DNA of 64,000 nucleotides from Nitrosopumilus sp. (GTDB lineage Archaea; Thermoproteota; Nitrososphaeria; Nitrososphaerales; Nitrosopumilaceae), in assembly GCA_963667665.2 (NCBI GenBank), contig OY763927.2, positions 256,001 to 320,000 on the forward strand. Direction: 5' to 3'. The stretch's first letter is position 1; each line of letters begins with the position of its first letter. This document shows positions 1-12,000 of this stretch, piece after piece. The translations under genes were made by a program, and so were the position numbers. Below the pieces are notes generated by a model that was given only the letters and a program-made list of their open reading frames with translations, did not search any database and was not told where the DNA came from.

Positions 1-2
1 CC

Positions 3-3000
3 GATCCAGGAGTCCTGAACAGCTGGACACTTACCATCAACTACGGCACCACCACCACTGTCAGCCCCGTCACCGGCATCTCAGGCTCCGGCGACACGTA
101 CTACGTTACAGTCTCCTCATCTACTGACGGAACATACAACCTTGATCTTGTCTCCTCAGGCCACGACATTGTCGATGCTGCAAACAACTCGCTGACCAAC
201 ACGGCTACCACCGGTGCAGACCAGACATACACCGTCAGTACCGCAGTTATAGATGACACCGCCCCCACACTTGAGTCAATTCAGCGATACACTCCTGCAA
301 CCGAGAATACGGACAACCAGACACTAGTCTACAAGGCAACCTTCAGCGAGAATGTCACAGGGGTGGATGTATCTGACTTTATTTTGTCTCCTGACAGTGC
401 CGGGGGAGGGAACACCTCTGCCTCCACCGGACAGTTCACACAGACAAGATCCCCCCACCTTACCATACCTGACCTTGCAACTGTATCTGATACCATCACA
501 GTCTCCAGTTCTGGAACTGTCGCCTCCGTCTCAGTTGAAGTAGACATTACGCATAACTACATCGGCGATCTCAAGATAGACATTATTGCCCCTGATGGCA
601 CTTCAATAACACTACACGACAATTCTGGCGGCAGCACCGACAACATAGACCAGCCGTACGCCCCGTTATTTGGAAGCATCCCCATCTCAGGTGTCTGGAC
701 CCTGCAGATACACGACAGGGATGCTCCCGATCCAGGAGTCCTGAACAGCTGGACACTTACCATCAATTACGGCACCACCACCACTGTCAGCCCCGTCACT
801 GACATCTCAGGTTCAGGTGATGTGTACTATGTGACAGTCTCTGCCACGCAGGACGGCACATACAACCTTGATCTTGTCTCATCAGACCACAACATTGTCG
901 ATGCTGCAAACAACTCGCTGACCAACACGGCTACCACCGGTGCAGACCAGACATACACCGTCAGTACCGCAGTTATAGACAACACCAACCCAAGACTTGC
1001 ATCAATTGAGCGGTCCAGCCCGACATCCCAGAACACGGACAGCCAGTCTCTACTCTACAAGGCAACCTTTAGCGAGGATGTCACGGGAGTAACTGCATCC
1101 GACTTTGTCCTGTCTCCTAGCAGTACGGGAAGAGTCAGCGGCACCACCCAAGTCACCGGCATCTCAGGCTCCGGCGACACGTACTACGTTACAGTCTCCT
1201 CATCTACTGACGGAACATACAACCTTGATCTTGTCTCATCAGGCCACAACATTGTCGATGCTGCAAACAACTCGCTGACCAACACGGCTACCACCGGTGC
1301 AGACCAGACATACACCGTCAGTACCGCAGTTATAGACAACACCAACCCAAGACTTGCATCAATTGAGCGGTACACTCCTGCAACCGAGAATACGGACAAC
1401 CAGACACTAGTCTACAAGGCAACCTTTAGCGAGGATGTCACAGGGGTGGATGTATCTGACTTTACCTTGTCTTCTGACAGTGCGGGGGGAGAAAGCACAT
1501 CCACCTCAACTGGACAGTTCACACAGACAAGATCCCCCCACCTTACCATACCTGACCTTGCAACTGTATCTGATACCATCACAGTCTCCAGTTCTGGAAC
1601 TGTCGCCTCCGTCTCAGTTGAAGTAGACATCACGCATAACTACATCGGCGATCTCAAGATAGACATTATTGCCCCTGATGGCACTTCAATAACACTACAC
1701 GACAATTCTGGCGGCAGCACCGACAACATAGACCAGCCGTACGCCCCGTTATTTGGAAGCATCCCCATCTCAGGTGTCTGGACCCTGCAGATACACGACA
1801 GGACTGCTCCCGATCCAGGAGTCCTGAACAGCTGGACACTTACCATCAATTACGGCGATACTGCCACAACTCTCAGCTCCGTCACTGACATCTCAGGTTC
1901 AGGTGATGTGTACTATGTGACAGTCTTTGCATCAACTAATGGGACATACAACCTTGATCTTGTCTCATCAGACCACAACATTGTCGATGCTGCAAACAAC
2001 TCGCTGACCAACACGGCTACCACTGGTGCAGACCAGACATACACCGTCAGTACCGCAGTTATAGATGACACCGCCCCCACACTTGAGTCAATTCAGCGAT
2101 ACACTCCTGCAACCGAGAATACGGACAACCAGACACTAGTCTACAAGGCAACCTTCAGCGAGAATGTCACAGGGGTGGATGTATCTGACTTTATTTTGTC
2201 TCCTGACAGTGCCGGGGGAACAGGCGGCGGTAGCAGCCCTGTTACTGACGTCTCAGGTTCAGGTGATGTGTACTCTGTGACAGTCTTTGCATCAACTAAT
2301 GGGACATACAACCTTGATCTTATCTCATCAGGTCACGGCATCGCAGATACTGCAAGCAACCCGCTGACCGACACGGCTACCACCGGGGCAGACCAGACAT
2401 ACACCGTCAGTACCGCAGTTATAGACACCATCTACCCAAGACTTGCATCAATTGAGCGGTACAATCCCGCATCCCAAAACACGACCAGCCAGACGCTGAT
2501 CTACAAGGCAACCTTCAGCGAGAATGTCACAGGGGTGGATGCATCTGACTTTATTTTGTCTCCTGACAGCACCTGGGGAGGGAACACCTCTGCCTCCACC
2601 GGACAGTTCACGCATACAAGATCCCCCAACCTTACCATACCTGACCTTGCAACTGTATCTGATACCATCACAGTCTCCAGTTCTGGAACTGTCGCCTCCG
2701 TCTCAGTTGAAGTAGACATTACGCATAACTACATCGGCGATCTCAAGATAGACATTATTGCCCCTGATGGCACTTCAATAACACTACACGACAATTCTGG
2801 CGGCAGCACCGACAACATAGACCAGCCGTACGCCCCGTTATTTGGAAGCATCCCCATCTCAGGTGTCTGGACCCTGCAGATACACGACAGGGATGCTCCC
2901 GATCCAGGAGTCCTGAACAGCTGGACACTTACCATCAATTACGGCACCACCACCACTGTCAGCCCCGTCACTGACATCTCAGGTTCAGGTGATGTGTACT

Positions 3001-6000
3001 ATGTGACAGTCTCTGCCACGCAGGACGGCACATACAACCTTGATCTTGTCTCATCAGACCACAACATTGTCGATGCTGCAAACAACTCGCTGACCAACAC
3101 GGCTACCACCGGTGCAGACCAGACATACACCGTCAGTACCGCAGTTATAGACAACACCAACCCAAGACTTGCATCAATTGAGCGGTCCAGCCCGACATCC
3201 CAGAACACGGACAGCCAGTCTCTACTCTACAAGGCAACCTTTAGCGAGGATGTCACGGGAGTAACTGCATCCGACTTTGTCCTGTCTCCTAGCAGTACGG
3301 GAAGAGTCAGCGGCACCACCCAAGTCACCGGCATCTCAGGCTCCGGCGACACGTACTACGTTACAGTCTCCTCATCTACTGACGGAACATACAACCTTGA
3401 TCTTGTCTCCTCAGGCCACAACATTGTCGATGCTGCAAACAACTCGCTGACCAACACGGCTACCACCGGTGCAGACCAGACATACACTGTCAGTACCGCA
3501 GTTATAGACAACACCAACCCAAGACTTGCATCAATTGAGCGGTACACTCCTGCAACCGAGAATACGGACAACCAGACACTAGTCTACAAGGCAACCTTTA
3601 GCGAGGATGTCACAGGGGTGGATGTATCTGACTTTACCTTGTCTTCTGACAGTGCGGGGGGAGAAAGCACATCCACCTCAACTGGACAGTTCACACAGAC
3701 AAGATCCCCCCACCTTACCATACCTGACCTTGCAACTGTATCTGATACCATCACAGTCTCCAGTTCTGGAACTGTCGCCTCCGTCTCAGTTGAAGTAGAC
3801 ATCACGCATAACTACATCGGCGATCTCAAGATAGACATTATTGCCCCTGATGGCACTTCAATAACACTACACGACAATTCTGGCGGCAGCACCGACAACA
3901 TAGACCAGCCGTACGCCCCGTTATTTGGAAGCATCCCCATCTCAGGTGTCTGGACCCTGCAGATACACGACAGGACTGCTCCCGATCCAGGAGTCCTGAA
4001 CAGCTGGACACTTACCATCAATTACGGCGATACTGCCACAACTCTCAGCTCCGTCACTGACATCTCAGGTTCAGGTGATGTGTACTATGTGACAGTCTTT
4101 GCATCAACTAATGGGACATACAACCTTGATCTTGTCTCATCAGACCACAACATTGTCGATGCTGCAAACAACTCGCTGACCAACACGGCTACCACTGGTG
4201 CAGACCAGACATACACCGTCAGTACCGCAGTTATAGATGACACCGCCCCCACACTTGAGTCAATTCAGCGATACACTCCTGCAACCGAGAATACGGACAA
4301 CCAGACACTAGTCTACAAGGCAACCTTCAGCGAGAATGTCACAGGGGTGGATGTATCTGACTTTATTTTGTCTCCTGACAGTGCCGGGGGAACAGGCGGC
4401 GGTAGCAGCCCTGTTACTGACGTCTCAGGTTCAGGTGATGTGTACTCTGTGACAGTCTTTGCATCAACTAATGGGACATACAACCTTGATCTTATCTCAT
4501 CAGGTCACGGCATCGCAGATACTGCAAGCAACCCGCTGACCGACACGGCTACCACCGGGGCAGACCAGACATACACCGTCAGTACCGCAGTTATAGACAC
4601 CATCTACCCAAGACTTGCATCAATTGAGCGGTACAATCCCGCATCCCAAAACACGACCAGCCAGACGCTGATCTACAAGGCAACCTTCAGCGAGAATGTC
4701 ACAGGGGTGGATGCATCTGACTTTATTTTGTCTCCTGACAGCACCTGGGGAGGGAACACCTCTGCCTCCACCGGACAGTTCACGCATACAAGATCCCCCA
4801 ACCTTACCATACCTGACCTTGCAACTGTATCTGATACCATCACAGTCTCCAGTTCTGGAACTGTCGCCTCCGTCTCAGTTGAAGTAGACATTACGCATAA
4901 CTACATCGGCGATCTCAAGATAGACATTATTGCCCCTGATGGCACTTCAATAACACTACACGACAATTCTGGCGGCAGCACCGACAACATAGACCAGCCG
5001 TACGCCCCGTTATTTGGAAGCATCCCCATCTCAGGTGTCTGGACCCTGCAGATACACGACAGGGATGCTCCCGATCCAGGAGTCCTGAACAGCTGGACAC
5101 TTACCATCAATTACGGCACCACCACCACTGTCAGCCCCGTCACTGACATCTCAGGTTCAGGTGATGTGTACTATGTGACAGTCTCTGCCACGCAGGACGG
5201 CACATACAACCTTGATCTTGTCTCATCAGACCACAACATTGTCGATGCTGCAAACAACTCGCTGACCAACACGGCTACCACCGGTGCAGACCAGACATAC
5301 ACCGTCAGTACCGCAGTTATAGACAACACCAACCCAAGACTTGCATCAATTGAGCGGTCCAGCCCGACATCCCAGAACACGGACAGCCAGTCTCTACTCT
5401 ACAAGGCAACCTTTAGCGAGGATGTCACGGGAGTAACTGCATCCGACTTTGTCCTGTCTCCTAGCAGTACGGGAAGAGTCAGCGGCACCACCCAAGTCAC
5501 CGGCATCTCAGGCTCCGGCGACACGTACTACGTTACAGTCTCCTCATCTACTGACGGAACATACAACCTTGATCTTGTCTCCTCAGGCCACAACATTGTC
5601 GATGCTGCAAACAACTCGCTGACCAACACGGCTACCACCGGTGCAGACCAGACATACACTGTCAGTACCGCAGTTATAGACAACACCAACCCAAGACTTG
5701 CATCAATTGAGCGGTACACTCCTGCAACCGAGAATACGGACAACCAGACACTAGTCTACAAGGCAACCTTTAGCGAGGATGTCACAGGGGTGGATGTATC
5801 TGACTTTACCTTGTCTTCTGACAGTGCGGGGGGAGAAAGCACATCCACCTCAACTGGACAGTTCACACAGACAAGATCCCCCCACCTTACCATACCTGAC
5901 CTTGCAACTGTATCTGATACCATCACAGTCTCCAGTTCTGGAACTGTCGCCTCCGTCTCAGTTGAAGTAGACATCACGCATAACTACATCGGCGATCTCA

Positions 6001-9000
6001 AGATAGACATTATTGCCCCTGATGGCACTTCAATAACACTACACGACAATTCTGGCGGCAGCACCGACAACATAGACCAGCCGTACGCCCCGTTATTTGG
6101 AAGCATCCCCATCTCAGGTGTCTGGACCCTGCAGATACACGACAGGACTGCTCCCGATCCAGGAGTCCTGAACAGCTGGACACTTACCATCAATTACGGC
6201 GATACTGCCACAACTCTCAGCTCCGTCACTGACATCTCAGGTTCAGGTGATGTGTACTATGTGACAGTCTTTGCATCAACTAATGGGACATACAACCTTG
6301 ATCTTGTCTCATCAGACCACAACATTGTCGATGCTGCAAACAACTCGCTGACCAACACGGCTACCACTGGTGCAGACCAGACATACACCGTCAGTACCGC
6401 AGTTATAGATGACACCGCCCCCACACTTGAGTCAATTCAGCGATACACTCCTGCAACCGAGAATACGGACAACCAGACACTAGTCTACAAGGCAACCTTC
6501 AGCGAGAATGTCACAGGGGTGGATGTATCTGACTTTATTTTGTCTCCTGACAGTGCCGGGGGAACAGGCGGCGGTAGCAGCCCTGTTACTGACGTCTCAG
6601 GTTCAGGTGATGTGTACTCTGTGACAGTCTTTGCATCAACTAATGGGACATACAACCTTGATCTTATCTCATCAGGTCACGGCATCGCAGATACTGCAAG
6701 CAACCCGCTGACCGACACGGCTACCACCGGGGCAGACCAGACATACACCGTCAGTACCGCAGTTATAGACACCATCTACCCAAGACTTGCATCAATTGAG
6801 CGGTACAATCCCGCATCCCAAAACACGACCAGCCAGACGCTGATCTACAAGGCAACCTTCAGCGAGAATGTCACAGGGGTGGATGCATCTGACTTTATTT
6901 TGTCTCCTGACAGCACCTGGGGAGGGAACACCTCTGCCTCCACCGGACAGTTCACGCATACAAGATCCCCCAACCTTACCATACCTGACCTTGCAACTGT
7001 ATCTGATACCATCACAGTCTCCAGTTCTGGAACTGTCGCCTCCGTCTCAGTTGAAGTAGACATTACGCATAACTACATCGGCGATCTCAAGATAGACATT
7101 ATTGCCCCTGATGGCACTTCAATAACACTACACGACAATTCTGGCGGCAGCACCGACAACATAGACCAGCCGTACGCCCCGTTATTTGGAAGCATCCCCA
7201 TCTCAGGTGTCTGGACCCTGCAGATACACGACAGGGATGCTCCCGATCCAGGAGTCCTGAACAGCTGGACACTTACCATCAATTACGGCACCACCACCAC
7301 TGTCAGCCCCGTCACTGACATCTCAGGTTCAGGTGATGTGTACTATGTGACAGTCTCTGCATTACAGGACGGCACATACAACCTTGATCTTGTCTCATCA
7401 GACCACAACATTGTCGATGCTGCAAACAACTCGCTGACCAACACGGCTACCACCGGTGCAGACCAGACATACACCGTCAGTACCGCAGTTATAGACAACA
7501 CCAACCCAAGACTTGCATCAATTGAGCGGTCCAGCCCGACATCCCAGAACACGGACAGCCAGTCTCTACTCTACAAGGCAACCTTTAGCGAGGATGTCAC
7601 GGGAGTAACTGCATCCGACTTTGTCCTGTCTCCTAGCAGTACGGGAAGAGTCAGCGGCACCACCCAAGTCACCGGCATCTCAGGCTCCGGCGACACGTAC
7701 TACGTTACAGTCTCCTCATCTACTGACGGAACATACAACCTTGATCTTGTCTCCTCAGGCCACAACATTGTCGATGCTGCAAACAACTCGCTGACCAACA
7801 CGGCTACCACCGGTGCAGACCAGACATACACTGTCAGTACCGCAGTTATAGACAACACCAACCCAAGACTTGCATCAATTGAGCGGTACACTCCTGCAAC
7901 CGAGAATACGGACAACCAGACACTAGTCTACAAGGCAACCTTTAGCGAGGATGTCACAGGGGTGGATGTATCTGACTTTACCTTGTCTTCTGACAGTGCG
8001 GGGGGAGAAAGCACATCCACCTCAACTGGACAGTTCACACAGACAAGATCCCCCCACCTTACCATACCTGACCTTGCAACTGTATCTGATACCATCACAG
8101 TCCCTGATTCTGAAACTGCCACATCCGTCTCAGTTGAAGTAGACATCACGCATAACTACATCGGCGATCTCAAGATAGACATTATTGCCCCTGATGGCAC
8201 TTCAATAACACTACACGACAATTCTGGCGGCAGCACCGACAACATAGACCAGCCGTACGCCCCGTTATTTGGAAGCATCCCCATCTCAGGTGTCTGGACC
8301 CTGCAGATACACGACAGGACTGCTCCCGATCCAGGAGTCCTGAACAGCTGGACACTTACCATCAATTACGGCGATACTGCCACAACTCTCAGCTCCGTCA
8401 CTGACATCTCAGGTTCAGGTGATGTGTACTATGTGACAGTCTCTGCATTACAGGACGGCACATACAACCTTGATCTTGTCTCATCAGACCACAACATTGT
8501 CGATGCTGCAAACAACTCGCTGACCAACACGGCTACCACTGGTGCAGACCAGACATACACCGTCAGTACCGCAGTTATAGACAACACCAACCCAAGACTT
8601 GCATCAATTGAGCGGTACAATCCTGCAACCGAGAATACGGACAACCAGACACTAGTCTACAAGGCAACCTTCAGCGAGAATGTCACAGGGGTGGATGTAT
8701 CTGACTTTATTTTGTCTCCTGACAGTGCCGGGGGAACAGGCGGCGGTAGCAGCCCTGTTACTGACGTCTCAGGTTCAGGTGATGTGTACTCTGTGACAGT
8801 CTTTGCATCAACTAATGGGACATACAACCTTGATCTTATCTCATCAGGTCACGGCATCGCAGATACTGCAAGCAACCCGCTGACCGACACGGCTACCACC
8901 GGGGCAGACCAGACATACACCGTCAGTACCGCAGTTATAGACAACACCAACCCAAGACTTGCATCAATTGAGCGGTACAATCCCGCATCCCAAAACACGA

Positions 9001-12000
9001 CCAGCCAGACGCTGATCTACAAGGCAACCTTCAGCGAGAATGTCACAGGGGTGGATGCATCTGACTTTATTTTGTCTCCTGACAGCACCTGGGGAGGGAA
9101 CACCTCTGCCTCCACCGGACAGTTCACGCATACAAGATCCCCCAACCTTACCATACCTGACCTTGCAACTGTATCTGATACCATCACAGTCTCCAGTTCT
9201 GGAACTGTCGCCTCCGTCTCAGTTGAAGTAGACATTACGCATAACTACATCGGCGATCTCAAGATAGACATTATTGCCCCTGATGGCACTTCAATAACAC
9301 TACACGACAATTCTGGCGGCAGCACCGACAACATAGACCAGCCGTACGCCCCGTTATTTGGAAGCATCCCCATCTCAGGTGTCTGGACCCTGCAGATACA
9401 CGACAGGGATGCTCCCGATCCAGGAGTCCTGAACAGCTGGACACTTACCATCAATTACGGCACCACCACCACTGTCAGCCCCGTCACTGACATCTCAGGT
9501 TCAGGTGATGTGTACTATGTGACAGTCTCTGCATTACAGGACGGCACATACAACCTTGATCTTGTCTCATCAGACCACAACATTGTCGATGCTGCAAACA
9601 ACTCGCTGACCAACACGGCTACCACCGGTGCAGACCAGACATACACCGTCAGTACCGCAGTTATAGACAACACCAACCCAAGACTTGCATCAATTGAGCG
9701 GTCCAGCCCGACATCCCAGAACACGGACAGCCAGTCTCTACTCTACAAGGCAACCTTTAGCGAGGATGTCACGGGAGTAACTGCATCCGACTTTGTCCTG
9801 TCTCCTAGCAGTACGGGAAGAGTCAGCGGCACCACCCAAGTCACCGGCATCTCAGGCTCCGGCGACACGTACTACGTTACAGTCTCCTCATCTACTGACG
9901 GAACATACAACCTTGATCTTGTCTCCTCAGGCCACAACATTGTCGATGCTGCAAACAACTCGCTGACCAACACGGCTACCACCGGTGCAGACCAGACATA
10001 CACTGTCAGTACCGCAGTTATAGACAACACCAACCCAAGACTTGCATCAATTGAGCGGTACACTCCTGCAACCGAGAATACGGACAACCAGACACTAGTC
10101 TACAAGGCAACCTTTAGCGAGGATGTCACAGGGGTGGATGTATCTGACTTTACCTTGTCTTCTGACAGTGCGGGGGGAGAAAGCACATCCACCTCAACTG
10201 GACAGTTCACACAGACAAGATCCCCCCACCTTACCATACCTGACCTTGCAACTGTATCTGATACCATCACAGTCCCTGATTCTGAAACTGCCACATCCGT
10301 CTCAGTTGAAGTAGACATCACGCATAACTACATCGGCGATCTCAAGATAGACATTATTGCCCCTGATGGCACTTCAATAACACTACACGACAATTCTGGC
10401 GGCAGCACCGACAACATAGACCAGCCGTACGCCCCGTTATTTGGAAGCATCCCCATCTCAGGTGTCTGGACCCTGCAGATACACGACAGGACTGCTCCCG
10501 ATCCAGGAGTCCTGAACAGCTGGACACTTACCATCAATTACGGCGATACTGCCACAACTCTCAGCTCCGTCACTGACATCTCAGGTTCAGGTGATGTGTA
10601 CTATGTGACAGTCTCTGCATTACAGGACGGCACATACAACCTTGATCTTGTCTCATCAGACCACAACATTGTCGATGCTGCAAACAACTCGCTGACCAAC
10701 ACGGCTACCACTGGTGCAGACCAGACATACACCGTCAGTATCGCAGTTATAGACAACACCAACCCAAGACTTGCATCAATTGAGCGGTACAATCCTGCAA
10801 CCGAGAATACGGACAGCCAGTCTCTACTCTACAAGGCAACCTTTAGCGAGGATGTCACGGGAGTAACTGCATCCGACTTTGTCCTGTCTCCTAGCAGTAC
10901 GGGAAGAGTCAGCGGCACCACCCAAGTCACCGGCATCTCAGGCTCCGGCGACACGTACTACGTTACAGTCTCCTCATCTACTGACGGAACATACAACCTT
11001 GATCTTGTCTCCTCAGGCCACAACATTGTCGATGCTGCAAGCAACCCGCTGACCGACACGGCTACCACCGGGGCAGACCAGACATACACCGTCAGTACCG
11101 CAGTTATAGACAACACCAACCCAAGACTTGCATCAATTGAGCGGTACACTCCTGCAACCGAGAATACGGACAACCAGACACTAGTCTACAAGGCAACCTT
11201 TAGCGAGGATGTCACAGGGGTGGATGTATCTGACTTTACCTTGTCTTCTGACAGTGCGGGGGGAGAAAGCACATCCACCTCAACTGGACAGTTCACACAG
11301 ACAAGATCCCCCCACCTTACCATACCTGACCTTGCAACTGTATCTGATACCATCACAGTCCCTGATTCTGAAACTGCCACATCCGTCTCAGTTGAAGTAG
11401 ACATTACGCATAACTACATCGGCGATCTCAAGATAGACATTATTGCCCCTGATGGCACTTCAATAACACTACACGACAATTCTGGCGGCAGCACCGACAA
11501 CATAGACCAGCCGTACGCCCCGTTATTTGGAAGCATCCCCATCTCAGGTGTCTGGACCCTGCAGATACACGACAGGACTGCTCCCGATCCAGGAGTCCTG
11601 AACAGCTGGACACTTACCATCAATTACGGCACCACCACCACTGTCAGCCCCGTCACTGACATCTCAGGTTCAGGTGATGTGTACTATGTGACAGTCTCTG
11701 CCACGCAGGACGGCACATACAACCTTGATCTTGTCTCATCAGACCACAACATTGCAGATGCTGCAAACAACTCGCTGACCAACACGGCTACCACTGGTGC
11801 AGACCAGACATACACCGTCAGTACCGCAGTTATAGACAACACCAACCCAAGACTTGCATCAATTGAGAGGTCCAGCCCGACATCCCAAAATACGAACAGC
11901 CAGTTCCTGATCTACAAGGCAACCTTTAGCGAGAACGTTACGGGAGTGACTGAATCTGACTTTACTTTGTCACCTGGCAGCACGGGAAGGGAAAATAACG

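Noticed and set aside
329-11623. Many short ORFs recurring on the opposite strand or other frames inside the first giant gene
   Set aside because: These are shadow ORFs of a Thr/Ser-rich repeat gene and recur only because the repeat does.
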